DNA of 64,000 bases from Paragordius varius (GCA_964247055.1 OZ176059.1:2046001-2110000), one strand, 5' to 3'; positions 25,901-37,619 are shown, numbered from the stretch's first letter. A program made the numbers and translations. Notes: generated by a model not told the origin, from the letters alone.

Positions 25901-27768
25901 TGAAAAAAATGTTCAATTTTTTACATATAAAAAATCATATTTTTTGAAGCCTGTTATGATTGGAAATATAGCGTATGTGTTATGTGAAATATAAGGTTAA
26001 ATAACACCCAACCCCCATATTTAAAAATAACTAATCATATAAACTATCTAATAAAAAAATTAGGTCATATACAGTATGCATTTTAACGGTTGCTTATTTA
26101 ACACTATAGTTGGGCAATTTTAACATAACAGTAGTGTATGGAAAAAAGAAAGGAAATAATTGTTTATTTAACATTTTGTTGTTTTTTCCATACACTACTG
26201 TTATGTTGCAAATTGCCCTACTATAGTGTGAAATAAGCAACGATTAAAATACATACTGTAAAATAAAAAATTATGTAAAAAATAAACTGTCGCTTTTATC
26301 AAGAAATTAAAAGATATTTTTATAAAAAAAACTTTTTTTTCAAAATATTACCTTTTAAAATTTTATCGTCACACTCAGTTGTTGCGTTATTCAAATGGTC
26401 ATCAGTTATAACTGTCGTATTACTATGATTATTGTCTATATTTTGGCTTGTTTTTTTAACCGGGCTATTTGAAATGGTTTTAGCGGTTTTTTCTATTTCT
26501 CCAATAGTATTACCATTATAATTATCATCATCGCTATCAGTTATAGAACTTAAGGGAGAATCGATCGGGAAGAATTCATCATTGTTTTCTGGCTGCTTTA
26601 AAGTTGGTTTTTCCAACTCTTTTTTAGCAAAATATATTATATTATAATAATAATACACCAACACCTCTAATTCACATTTAAACCTTTTAAATTTACCCTT
26701 AATTAAACCTTCTTAAACCTTTAAAATTCACCCTTAAACATATTTTCCCTTAAACGATTCAAGTTAACCCTTAAACCTTTCAAATTCACCCTTAAACCTT
26801 TCAAATTGACAGTTAAATAAATTAGTTTGTTTCTGAATGATATCAAAAATTCTTTTTATATTTAAAAAAATAAAATTACATTTAAAATTAACATAATACA
26901 AAAAAAATATAAAAACTAGTTATAAAAAAATGATTTATAATAATGATAAGTTATATTAACCAAAAACTAGATATCATTTGTTTTTAGGGTGAATTTGTTG
27001 AATTGTTTAATATTTTTGAAAGTGTTTAAGAGCGAATTTAATGTGTAAATGATACATATAATCAGATGTGATATAAAAAAGGTTATACATTTAAATATAC
27101 CAAAGATATTTGAAGTAAAAAAATTTTTTTATTAAAAAATTATATTTTATGTTTTTACTTTATTTCTATACTCATCTATTGAGAAACACTAAAATTACGT
27201 GTAACCAATTTACATTACTAATATTATTAAAACCCCAAAACTTTAAGTTTAATATAAAAAAATGAAGCTATAAAAAATAATTTATTATTAAATTTCATAT
27301 TATATGTTTATTATTATGCTAAATATTCTAATAAATTAAGTATCTTAAAATTTTTATTTAAAGATATGATATTTTTACCACTAAAATTTCAAAACATAAA
27401 AATTAGCAAAAAAGCTAAAACATTGGGGAATTAAAATTATTTATGCAACTTACAGTTGTTAGAATATAAATCTCGTACTTAATATTAAAAAAAAATTCAA
27501 GATTAAGGATTAAAATTTTATATCTGATTTATCTCATAATCCAATGCCAAAAATATAGACAAAAATTGATAAAAAATTGGTAAATTATATTATTTTAAAT
27601 GTAAAAATACTTTATCTCTTAAAATCTTTCATGTTTATTCTACAAAAATTAATAAAAAAATATTTTCAAAAAATAACAATACCATTTTTTGCGGTAATTT
27701 TTTCGAGATCAATCATATCATCAGAATGTAATGGTTCATTTTCCTAATAAATATAAATTTTAGTTTTT

Positions 27769-27805
<37 letters not shown>

Positions 27806-30800
27806 ATATTTATATATATAAATAATCTTTTACTACTTGAAAAAAATTAAAACTAAATTTATATATTTCAAGAAAAAAGGTTTTTATTTGAAAATGTGGA
27901 AAATTTTAAGAACTTGATTTTGATTGCTATCTTGCCCATTTTCATCCTTTTGCTTGAGTTTCGTAATGTCGTTTTTATCATTCTTTTTTGAACCTTTTTT
28001 GTTTTGTTTGTCAAAAAAAATTTAAATATACATAAAATTTTATTGATATGAGAATCGCTTAAAATTTTTGGTATGAGATATTATAAAAATTTTATTTCAT
28101 TATAAATATAATTATTAAAAGTAACAAGTAAAAAAGTGAGACGATATTATAGATAAAATAAAAGATACATTAAAAAAAATATATTTATATTAAAATATTA
28201 ACAATAAATTAAATAAACACCATTTGCAGTTCAAATTTACCTTGAACAATTCAAATTTGCCCTCGAACATTCAAATTTACCCTAAAAAAAAATGTATTTT
28301 GTAAGATTAAAAATTACCTTGTTTAACACTATAATGCTGAAAAAATCTAACTATGCCATAAAAATATATTTCATAATAATGAGTTATGTAAGTTCGAAAA
28401 CACATAATATATATAGGGTGACTTTGAATTGTTTAAGGGTGAATAAATTGTTCAAGGGTAAATTTGAATTAAAAATGTTGAAGGGTAAATTTGAATTTGT
28501 TTAAAGGTTAATTTGAATTGTAAATGGTATATATATAATATATTTACTATTTTCAGCGATAGCTTTAATGTTATTAAAGTAATTTAGGGCACGTTGTTGC
28601 ATTTTTTTTCTATTCCGTATAATCTAACAAAGGTTAAAAAATATAAATAAATAATAAAAGTAAGGCTAGAGATTAATTTTTAGTATACAACAATTTTTAC
28701 AATAATTTTCATTAAAAAAAACGTAAAAAGATAAAAAATATAGGAATGTAAATAGGTAACATATTCAATCTTATATATTTAATATTTGTAATTACAAGTG
28801 TAATATGAGTTGCTTTGGAAAAAAAGATGGTCTTTTACTTTTTATGTTTTGTGGCCATAATTAATAAATATTCAGAAAAAATACTAAGCTAAATGAATAG
28901 TTTTTTTTCAAAACCAAACAAACCGCTAAAAAATGAACCATTTTGCAGTTCAAAAACATATCATTTTAAAATGTTTAAGGATCGCTAGTTTTTTGTAATT
29001 AGCGTAGTTTCATATCCGCATGGTAGCGTTTTTACAAAGAATAATTTTTTGTAAAATTTAACCGCAAACCTAACCAGTTTAAAAACCATTAAAAGTAGGT
29101 TATAAAATATATAACTTTTAAAAGTTTTCAAATTAGTATCATCATATCCGCACATCGGTCATTTAAATCCTAAAAGCAAGTTAATAAAACAAAGACAGTT
29201 TTTAAACTCAACGATCGATTTTTAGGGAACAAAAAAATCCGTAATTTAACGGTTTCAAACATATAGTTATTAGGTTATTTGCAATCAGAGTGGTTTTATA
29301 TCCGCATTGCGGTCATATAAAAACCTAAACCACAGTTAGGTTTAAAAAAACAAGGTTTTTTGAGAAAAACATCTCTAAGCAGTTTTTAGGATCATAGAAA
29401 CCGGTGAATATCAATTTTAAAATATCACTTCCAAGTTTAAAAAACCGGTACTGGGTATATTAAATAGGGTTTAACATCCACACCGCGGTCATTTATAGGC
29501 ATAACCCAGAGATAGAGGTTTTAAACAGTTTTTAAAATTCCAACTTTATTTAGTTTGCACGCTCTTCTATCATTAATAAAAAATTAAACCACGCGTTTAA
29601 AGAAAATAAAAACCGTCTTAAAGCGAATATTTTTAATCTGTCAAGATCAAATTCAATATTAGCGATCAAGGTTTAACCCTATAATACCAATTTTAAATAT
29701 TTTTATTTTTCATAAGAGAATGATAAATATAATGTAAACTTTTTGTGTATATATATAGCATAAAACGCAAATACATTAAAGTTAACTAATTTTGTAAAAA
29801 AATATTTCGGTCAAAATTTTACATTATAAACTGGAATCACTATTAGCGACACAATACAAAATTTTATATAATATAAAATATAATTTTCTATTTAAAAAAA
29901 AATTTAAATATATCCTATAAAACAAAAGAAAAATAAGATAATAATCATTTTTACCCTTCGATGTATTTTAGCGTAACGCAAATAGGAAACGTTTAATTCA
30001 GATTCTAATTGCAACATTTTTTCCTCCATAAGTTGTTCACTTGGTGATGTTCTAAAAAAAAATATTTTTTATAAAAATTAAGTCTAATGAAATCCTACGG
30101 GGACATGGATAGGCGCTAAGGGAAAAGACCAGTTTGCTTATGATCTGTAAAATACTACTTTTATTAAGTAAAAAATTGCCTTAAATAACCATAAGTATAC
30201 CATTTACAGTTCAAATTCACCCTTGAAAAAATTCAAATTCACCCTAAAAATAAATAATGTGTTTTCCAACTAATATAACTCATTATTAATAAGAAATATA
30301 TCTTTATGGCGCATAGTTTATATTTTTTCAATTTTAATTAAAACAAAATTTTATTTTTAAAAAGTATATAAAATATAGGTAATTTTTAATTTTTAAAAAC
30401 ACATAATTTATATGAGGGTAAATTATTTGAGGGTGAATTTGAATTGTTCAAGTGTGAATTTGAATTGTAAATGGTATATAATTATAATATAAATTATTAT
30501 GTGGTATTAAAACTCCGATTCGAAGTAAGTCCTACCCTTGAAATAAGATAAAAAATTAATTAATCTATTTATATTTCATGTTTTAACACCCTAAAAATAT
30601 CACTCTTAAATTCAAATTTGCTTAGATAATTATAAAAATTAAAACGAAAATTATGTAATAGAATTTAGGTTTAGGTTTTTAATTCAATTTTATAACGTCA
30701 AAATTACAATTACATTTACAAAGTCTTTTAAATAAAAAAGTAAGAGTTTTATATTTTTTTAGAAATAAAAAAACAAAATTTGTTTATCCATATATACATC

Positions 30801-33800
30801 TCTATAATACCCTTTTTTCCACAACCAATATCTACAGGTAATTAATTAAGGTTATATTATAATTATTGTAAATATTAGCAATTGTTTTGATATTCATCGC
30901 CGATAATTTCCCATAAAGAATTAATTAAGGCTCCGCTAAATTACTTAGATAAAAAATTATATTAAAATTAAATAACTATTAAATTTAAAAGGTCATGTTG
31001 AACAATCTCTTTATATTTAAAAAGTTAGAACTTTTGCTGATGTTAAGGTAAAAGTGAATGTAAAAAATTGGTGGTCTGGATAAAACATAATTGGTTTAAA
31101 ATGAGCAAAAAAGTTGGTCCACAAAGAATATATGTTGGTTTATCTTAAACCATAATAAAGGAATAAAGCCCGATTCCTATCGTAATTATATTAAAGGGTA
31201 ATTTCAAAAGGTAGAAATATTGGTTTTAAAAGTGAAAAAAAAGTTGGTCCAAAATAATTAAAGTTGGTTTTACAAATGTTAGTTTACCTTATACCAGAAA
31301 GAATTAAAGGCTGATTAATTAGATTATCATTACAAGTAATTTTTTATCAAAATGCTTTAAAATAAATATGAACACACCCTTATTTTCAAAAAGATAAAAA
31401 AATCAGGTGATAAAACATTGGTTTTAAGTGAGGAAAAAAAGTTTGTCCAAAATGAAAATATTTTACATACCATAAAAAGTAAGGCCCTCTATTTGATTAT
31501 CATTACGGGTAGTAAGGATGAAAATGTTCATTTTAAATGTAAAAAATGGTGTTATAAAAAAAGTATTGGATAATAAAAGTTGGTTTTATATGTAAAAAAT
31601 TGTTACCTTATAAATAGGACCTAGATCCTAACTTACTTTATCATTACAAATATTTTTTTAAAAAAAATAGAAATGTTGACTTTAAAGATAATAGGTTTAA
31701 ATGGAAAAAAAATTAGTTATATAGAAAATATGTTGGTTTACCTTTGACAAAAAAAAGTAAGGCCGAATTCCTAACTTAATTATCAAGGGTAATTTTCAAA
31801 GATAAAAATGTTTATTTAAACAAACGATATCCTTTTTGTTCTGGAGATAGATGATGGTTTTAAAGAAAAAACTATGGTTAAATAAAAAAATAATGTTATA
31901 AATTAATAAAAGGTAATATCCAATTCCTAACTTACTTAATCATTACTGGTAAACTCTATAGATGAAATATTAAACTCCCCCTAATATTTTCAAAAATTAA
32001 AATTGTTGACATGTGTTGATTTAAATAGGAATTAAAAAGAATAAATGTGTTGATTTACCTTATACCAAAAAGGAGTAAGGCTCGATTCCTAACTTGATTA
32101 TCATTACGCGTGGGTATGAGGCGAGCTATATGACTCCACTTAAAACCTTCACGTTTAAGATGGGCCAATAATTCGGCATCATTTAATGCGCTCCATTCAC
32201 CAAATTTAAGGCCCGGTTCCAACATAACTATATATCTATACATATTAAAATTATATATTAAAATTAAATTGAATATTTAATATTTTATATCATTATTAAG
32301 TAAAATGCAAAAAATTAAACCATCTCGAATATCATATGGGTAAAAAAGTAATATAAAATGATTTAAGATAACTGTTATAAAACAATTAAAACGACTTTTT
32401 AAAGATTTAATTACAAATGTAAATTTCTGATGCAAAAATTAACATTTACGATTAACCAATTAAAATTTATAATCGAAATTGCCAAATGCAATTACGCTTT
32501 GAATTGGATTTCCAACAATTAACATTTAATTATTTGGCTTGATTACACACATATAGTGGTTTCAGTTTTAATTTATTTTATTTATTAATTCTAAAAAAAG
32601 TATATTTTTTGGCAAATATAATATAATTAATATCAAACTAAAATGTTTTAAAGTTTCACAGCAGTTAATCCAAATTTTTTATAAAATAAAAAAAAATTAC
32701 TTATAGATATTAAACAAAAATGTTTTAATCAATATAATATTATTATTATTAAAACAACTAATAAAACAATATCTATTCATTCTTTCGTTTAAAAGTAATC
32801 AAAAAATAAAATATTTTTTAAATAATATTCTTTACTTTTCACGGCATTGATAATCAGTGCGACCAGGAATTAGTGAAGCTATTTTAGTCCAAGCAAATCC
32901 ATACTTTTCTATACCTTTTTTCAAAGCCTTGAAAAAGCCCATTAATTAATATAAATAAATATTGTAAATAACAAAGTTCCCTCCCCTCCCCCTTGATAAT
33001 GTAAGAATTTAAATTTAGGTTAGTAAAAAATAAAAATAATAAAAATAAATGATTATGGATTATCAACACACGCGCAACTCAAAAATCCCTAAAAAACTAA
33101 TGGTGATATTAATTTCTAAGATTTAGATCTCTTATTCATATAATCAAATAAAAATTGTATAGTTATCAGTATCTTTTAAAAAAAACCTTAAAACCTTAAA
33201 TACTCCAAAATGTTTAAATCCATATAAATATAATAAACATAAATCAATATTTTTTGAAAAAACCCTCAGAATCGCTAGTAAAACAAAACATTTACATGCA
33301 TTTCATTTAAGTCCCATTTGCCGGTCCGTAAGTTTGGGTTAATTTTTTTGTACCGTTGAACCAATTGTATACTACTGCGTTCGGGGAAGTGTTTGAATAT
33401 TAAGGACCATAAAATACGATTCCCCACACGATGTTCTTCAACCAATGTAATAAGTCTACTGTCTTCTTCGGTTGTCCATCTATTTAATTTCCAACAAAAA
33501 TAATTTGCTTCTTTAAAAAAAGGATTTTTGAAAGATAAAATAAAAAGATCTTGTTTCAATAATATATGGTAAATGTGAAGTAATTGAATATCAACTTTTT
33601 TAAACAATTTATTGGATAAAACATAAGCTAATCTTAAAAAAAGAGAAACTCACTTTTAAGAAAGACTCAAAATCTTAATTAAAAAATTGAAAAAAATGCA
33701 TTATAGTATTATATATTCCATTTCCTGAAGTTAATATGCCTATTGAAACCAAAAATATAATATCAAATGTCAAATATTTCTCATTTAATTAAATATTTAA

Positions 33801-35493
33801 AAATTCATTGTCCAAAAATTACAAAATGTAAATATTACTCAAAAAATATTATAAAATATAACTAAAAACGAAAATCACATACGGTTTTAGATCCCGAAAC
33901 AATTTTTGATATTGAGCTAAGCATTGGTACGGCAGACGATTTGTACCCAAATCACGTGCAACGCGTGACCAATCATGTTTATTTTGAATCACGTGATCTA
34001 CCAAATTTCTCAGTTGTTTGTTTTCTTCATCAGTCCATGCCGACTTATTAACGCTCGGATGTATGTAGTTACGCCAAAATTGTTCACATTGCCTAGCTGT
34101 GTAAGTTTTACCCAATAACTAGAAAATTAAATTATAAAGATAAAATAATTTAAGAGATAAAGGAAATATTTATTTATGAACCTTAATTTTTTATTTATGA
34201 TCAAGCAATCGTTTTGGGTTGCGGCGAAACAAAAAACAAAGATTTACATTAAAACGCTAATATCTTTTTGGTTTGACATAAATAAAACAAGATTAAAAGA
34301 TATCTTTAAGAAATATATACATTAGTCAATTAGTTTCCACGTTTTGTCTTTTGCTATTAAATTGAATATTAATTTAAATATTTCTAATATGTATATCAAA
34401 GCGTTTTTTATTCTGCCCAAAATTTTGATCCAAAACACAACATATAAAGATTCTTTAATAATATCCAAAAAAATATCAAAATAAATATCCGTCGTGATAA
34501 TCAATTAAAAATTCGTCTATACATTTAAACACATAACTGTAAAAACTATTTATATCTGCACAAATTTAGAAAAATTTTAACATAACTTACAGCAGACAAT
34601 TCATTCCAATTGATATCGTTTGAAGACACCGATTTAATTTCCTCAATGGTTATAGGAGCTTCTTGCATTTCAATCAAAGATCTTTCTATAGTTTCCAATC
34701 GTGTTTGATGATCTTTATATTTTTCATCGGTAACTATAGCATCCGGGTTATCTAATTCCAAATCCGTCAATAACTTTAAACGCCTAATATATGAAATATA
34801 TTATTGTTGGTAATTGTTAAAAAATGTTTTTTGAATGAAAAATGGATGCTGATTTAAAATGTGTTTGACACAAACTATATTGTCTTTTATTCGTGTTGAA
34901 ATAAAAGTATTAATTTTAAATGGAAAATATCTGATAAATAATGGTATAACTGCAATAAATATAAGATGACTATAAAAAAGAATTAACATAAAAAAATATT
35001 ATTACTTTTTCATAAGAGGTTCACATTTTAACCTTAACACTTCTTTACGAATCAAGGTAATCAAGGCATCCATATCATCTGGGACCCCTAAAAAGATTAT
35101 AAAATACATAAAAAATCTTACATCTTAGTTGATTAGCCTCATTACAGGTAACAATGCCAAAAGAATGTTTTAAATCCACATCAATATTTTTTGGAGGAGG
35201 CTTATTTTAAATTAAATTTTTACTTTGCCATATTCATCACATATATACGACGTGTTAAACCCATAGTCTTTAAGCGAGGCTTTTTCTTCAGCCGAATCGA
35301 ATGTAGTTAAATTTTCAAGATATTCTTCAATGTCAGCGTTTTCTGTTTTCAAGATTTTCTAAACATTATAGATATTCTAAACCTTTTCCCCATTTACTAA
35401 TTCGATGAGATTGTCTAATATATCTACTAATCCGGTTAATTTCAGTAAATATTCCTTGTTAAGATTTGAGTAGGAATATAACTCCCGCGACAT
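12882..35493 (-). CDS. SNAPC4: snRNA-activating protein complex subunit 4 (SNAP190), Myb-repeat protein, about 1690 aa, 26 exons
   Basis: Myb repeats INWNELSA-LLGKTYTARQCEQFWRNYIHPSVNKSAWTDEE..DWSRVARDLGTNRLPYQCLAQYQ, WTTEED..HRVGNRILW, KWDLNEMHALKKGIEKYGFAWTKIASLIPGRTDYQCREKY, GEWS..TRNDNQVRNR. Also N-terminal SYICDEYGKPPPKNID, internal LAPGIETVRGL, and C-terminal EYQILKSLLRSLFTYPMLLS motifs typical of SNAPC4. Exons 35493-35383, 35358-35224, 35200-35122, 35087-35006, 34783-34591, 34118-33883, 33479-33296, 32927-32836, 32235-32059, 30831-30811, 30051-29955, 28623-28548, 27993-27914, 27743-27683, 26618-26352, 25678-25321, 21671-21622, 20891-20830, 19986-19719, 19212-19042, 18520-17783, 17290-17159, 16062-15488, 14935-14352, 13875-13731, 12989-12882; sum 5082 nt, in frame. 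The small middle exons are less certain. Confidence 0.88.
13020..13354. mobile_element. MITE family B (TACCATTTAC TIR with tandem subterminal repeats)
   Basis: TACCATTTACA...TGTAAATGGTA with repeated about 20-nt AATTCAAATTCACCC(T)TGAAC units at both ends; same body as the other family B copies. Confidence 0.8.
16482..16638. mobile_element. Tc1/mariner-like MITE (CAGTAGCGTATGG TIR) inside (TA)n tracts
   Basis: TAGCGTATGGCATAAAACAATGTTA ... TAACATTGTTTTATGCCATACGCTACTGTA; related TIR at 62681-62801. Confidence 0.7.
16637..16695. repeat. (TA)n microsatellite, about 29 units
   Basis: Direct reading; other (TA)n tracts at 16458, 22640, 22935, 27775, 58609 and elsewhere. Confidence 0.95.
16843..17133. 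mobile_element. Tc1/mariner-like MITE family C
   Basis: TACAGTAAAAA..GGACAAAACGTAAAAATATAAAG..AAAAGACA ... TGTCTTT..TGTCTTTATATTTTTA..TTTGTCC; copies at about 20015-20310, 22663-22935, 48430-48642 and 54960-55073. Confidence 0.7.
19601..19700. mobile_element. Short MITE with CAGTATGCATTTTAA TIR
   Basis: TAGTATGCATTTTAATGGTTGCTTA ... AAATAAGGCAACATTAAAATGCATACTGTA; same outer TIR as 26070-26260. Confidence 0.65.
20015..20310. mobile_element. MITE family C copy
   Basis: GGACAAAAGTAAAAATATAAAGACAAATATTTTTTTCTAAAAGACA ... TGTCTTTTAGAAAAAAATATTTGTCTTT..TTTGTCCGTATA. Confidence 0.7.
21125..21457. mobile_element. hAT-like MITE containing a C22 homopolymer
   Basis: GCAGTGGTTTTCAA (21125) / TTGAAAATCCACTGC (21443-21457); C run 21142-21163; no 8-bp TSD visible. 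Confidence 0.5.
22146..22456. mobile_element. MITE family B copy
   Basis: TACCATTTA..AAATTCACCC ... TGTAAATGGTA. Confidence 0.8.
22663..22935. mobile_element. MITE family C copy flanked by (TA)n on both sides
   Basis: ACAGTAAAAATTGAAATTATA..GGACAAGACGTAAAAATATAAAGACAAATA; mirrored right end. Confidence 0.65.
24951..25215. mobile_element. MITE family B copy
   Basis: TACCATTTAC..CAAATTCACCCTCG ... GGGTGAATTTGAATTG..TGTAAATGGTA. Confidence 0.8.
26070..26260. mobile_element. Near-perfect hairpin MITE with nested TIRs (TA-CAGT)
   Basis: About 78-bp arms: TACAGTATGCATTTTAACGGTTGCTTATTTAACACTATAGTTGGGCAATTTTAACATAACAGTAGTGTATGGAAAAAA and its reverse complement ending ACATACTGTA. Confidence 0.85.
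26670..27054. mobile_element. Diverged family B copy with expanded subterminal repeats
   Basis: About 6 tandem AAACCTTTCAAATTCACCCTT-like units at the left; right end GGGTGAATTT..TGTAAATGATA. Confidence 0.6.
28218..28529. mobile_element. MITE family B copy
   Basis: ACCATTTGCAGTTCAAATTTACC ... GGGTAAATTTGAATT x3 ... TGTAAATGGTA; ends 17 bp from a SNAPC4 donor. Confidence 0.8.
30198..30476. mobile_element. MITE family B copy
   Basis: TACCATTTACAGTTCAAATTCACCC ... GTGAATTTGAATTGTAAATGGTA. Confidence 0.85.
31050..32110 (-). repeat. Degenerate tandem array (about 135-180 bp period) derived from the SNAPC4 exon 9 3' end plus donor
   Basis: Variants of TTTACCTTATACCAAAAAGGAGTAAGGCTCGATTCCTAACTTGATTATCATTAC start at about 31139, 31283, 31461, 31602, 31737 and 31905; the original is at 32053. 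Confidence 0.8.
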
Positions 35494-35959
35494 GATCAAT
35501 TTAAAAATAAAACAGATGGCGAATTTTTAAATAGGAGAAAAGCCGAACCTTAAAAGGTAGAGCACCAAATAAATAATTGTTTTTAACATACATTAACAAT
35601 GCACAATATCGATAAATAAATTACACATACATTCGGTTACAGTCTTAATTACTAATATATATTCTCCCCCAAAATATAAGCATAAGACAAGAAAAGAATT
35701 ACATTATTATCTAAAAATTAACAAATGAAGTAAATGAATAGTATTTACTCAAGCAAATTTTTTAATGTATTTAATTTATATTGATATGACATACACATAC
35801 AAAAATATAATTTGCTTTTATCATAACACATGTCACTATAAATATATTTAATTTTATTACTAATCACTTATGTTATAATAAATCAATTACTAACTGCTAA
35901 TCGTAAAGGTTAATTTTAATATTATATAAGTATTTTTTTATATATTTCAACTCGTTATT

Positions 35960-36914
35960 TAAATATTTAGCTAAAATTCTCTATTGTTTTCATCTATAGA
36001 GAGAAGTTAGTGGAAATTCTAAAAAAGTAAATTTTAAATTTATTATATTTTTATTCCTAACCTATATTTAATAGATATCCCATTGTATTTGCAAAAGGGC
36101 TTCTCTCAAAATCAATAGCAAAACGTGAAGTAGTATGGAGAGACATACACCAGGAATTCGTGATGGACACGGGGGAAGTTATTGATATTTCTCAATTGAA
36201 AAAAATGTCGCAAAATATCAAAACAACTTTTAAGAAGAAGATGGATATTCTTTAAACAGGTATTATTTATAACGGGCTTACTTATTTTTATCATAATCAA
36301 GGCACTAAGCCCATTATTTTTTATGACTTAGGAAATATGCTAAGGGGTATTTTTAATACAAAGTTAATATTAGCAAGAATGTTCGAAATTTTTAACATCA
36401 CAAAACGTGATTTCATTCACAAAAAATGTAAAAACACCTAAGTCTCGGTTAATATTACTTTTAGTTGAAATCCTTATCTACCCATTTAGATAGGTAATAA
36501 AAAAATTGTGTTATTACCCCATGAGAAGGTTATGTTGGATATTATGGATTACGAACATATACCAGTGCATATTAATATTCCTGGTGGTAAAGAATGTGGT
36601 ATCGTAACAATTGCCGATGATATTCCTTTAAGACATAATCCATATATTTATACATTTATACTACAATTGTAACTCTGATTTTTTAATCCTGTTAAAGGTA
36701 TGTGCGTAATAAAAAATGTCAATTTTAATTTATATTGGTACATCCGTGCCGCGACCAACTACAAATAAAAAATATGTAAAAATCAGAAAAGGTGTCCCAA
36801 AATACTATAGCTAATATGCATTTTAAAGTTTTGGAGCTTCATTATGAAGTATCACTGCTTCAGAAAAAAGTTTTACGGCTGGAGAAACATAAACTCAATA
36901 ATTTTAATATATGA
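35960..36914 (+). pseudogene. Myb/SANT-like (MSANTD-type) DNA-binding gene of Harbinger-transposon type, with a premature stop
   Basis: Spliced translation REKLVEILKK|YPIVFAKG..KREVVWRDIHQEF..ISQLKKMSQNIKTTFKKKMDIL*TG|NKKIVLLPHEKVMLDIMD..IPGG, and terminal coiled-coil KVLELHYEVSLLQKKVLRLEKHKL*. Introns 36027-36074 and about 36260-36492; in-frame TAA at 36253-36255; no clean start codon; AATAAA follows the stop at 36914. Confidence 0.65.
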
Positions 36915-37029
36915 AATAAATTTATTATATCTTTTTAAAATACAATCCAATATTAAATTGTCATTAATATATATATATATATATATATATTATATAATCC
37001 ATACGAATCAATATTTTTAGCAAATATAT

Positions 37030-37200
37030 TTAGAATAAATTTAATGCTTTTAATAAATTTACAATGTTATCTCTTTTCTGTTGACCTGAGATTCTTTCGT
37101 GTCTCAAAGCACTATCCATATTGTCTTCATCTTCACAATCATCATCGTTATATTTGTTTTTGAAATGGTTCTTGTCAAATAACAAATAGAAGGATATTTT
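37030..37200 (-). pseudogene. Probable C-terminal remnant of a Harbinger/HARBI1-like DDE transposase
   Basis: Reads ..NHFKNKYNDDDCEDEDNMDSALRHERISGQQKRDNIVNLLKALNLF*, an acidic stretch followed by G..KRD.I..LL, resembling Harbinger transposase C-termini. Convergent with the Myb/SANT gene 115 bp away. Upstream frames are broken and the catalytic core is not recognisable. Confidence 0.4.
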
Positions 37201-37619
37201 TTAAAATTATCTAAAAGGTTATATATTTTATTTTAAAAATAATTTAACCTTAATTTATAGATATACAGGATAAATGACAAAAGTTGTTCAAGGTGCGTTC
37301 TATTAAAGTAGATACGTTTACGTTTAACAATCTATATAATTATACAAATTTACTTGAATTTAAATTGTATTTTTACAGATATCACCTGCCCTCAAATATA
37401 CCTTTGTTAAATTTTTAAAGCGCAATTGTTATTTAGTGAGACTAATGTTGCTTACAATAAATAATTAAGATATAATCTAAAATTTTATATTTATACCTGT
37501 ATTATGTTAAACTTGTAGTAAAATAATATAACAGTGTTTGAAGGGCGATTGGATTCTTAAAAAACTATAGGTATAGGGTTAAATATTTGAAAGAATCATT
37601 ATTATTTTAACATACCTAA

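Noticed and set aside
30052-30146. Non-canonical GA-AG intron that would join an IISKLVFSLSAYPCPR exon to the 30051 exon
   Set aside because: Fully canonical alternatives (the 21-nt exon, or the 34-nt plus 17-nt exons) preserve frame, so no evidence requires a GA donor.
29005-32110. CRISPR-like arrays (conserved motif with variable spacers)
   Set aside because: Eukaryotic intron context, degenerate repeats, irregular long spacers, no cas genes; the 31-32 kb unit derives from the adjacent exon.
33275-33295. Apparent 21-nt intron GTAAATGTTTTGTTTTACTAG after SNAPC4 exon 7
   Set aside because: Splicing it leads to RF* immediately; the conserved Myb repeat instead continues at the acceptor at 32928, so the donor belongs to a 368-nt intron.
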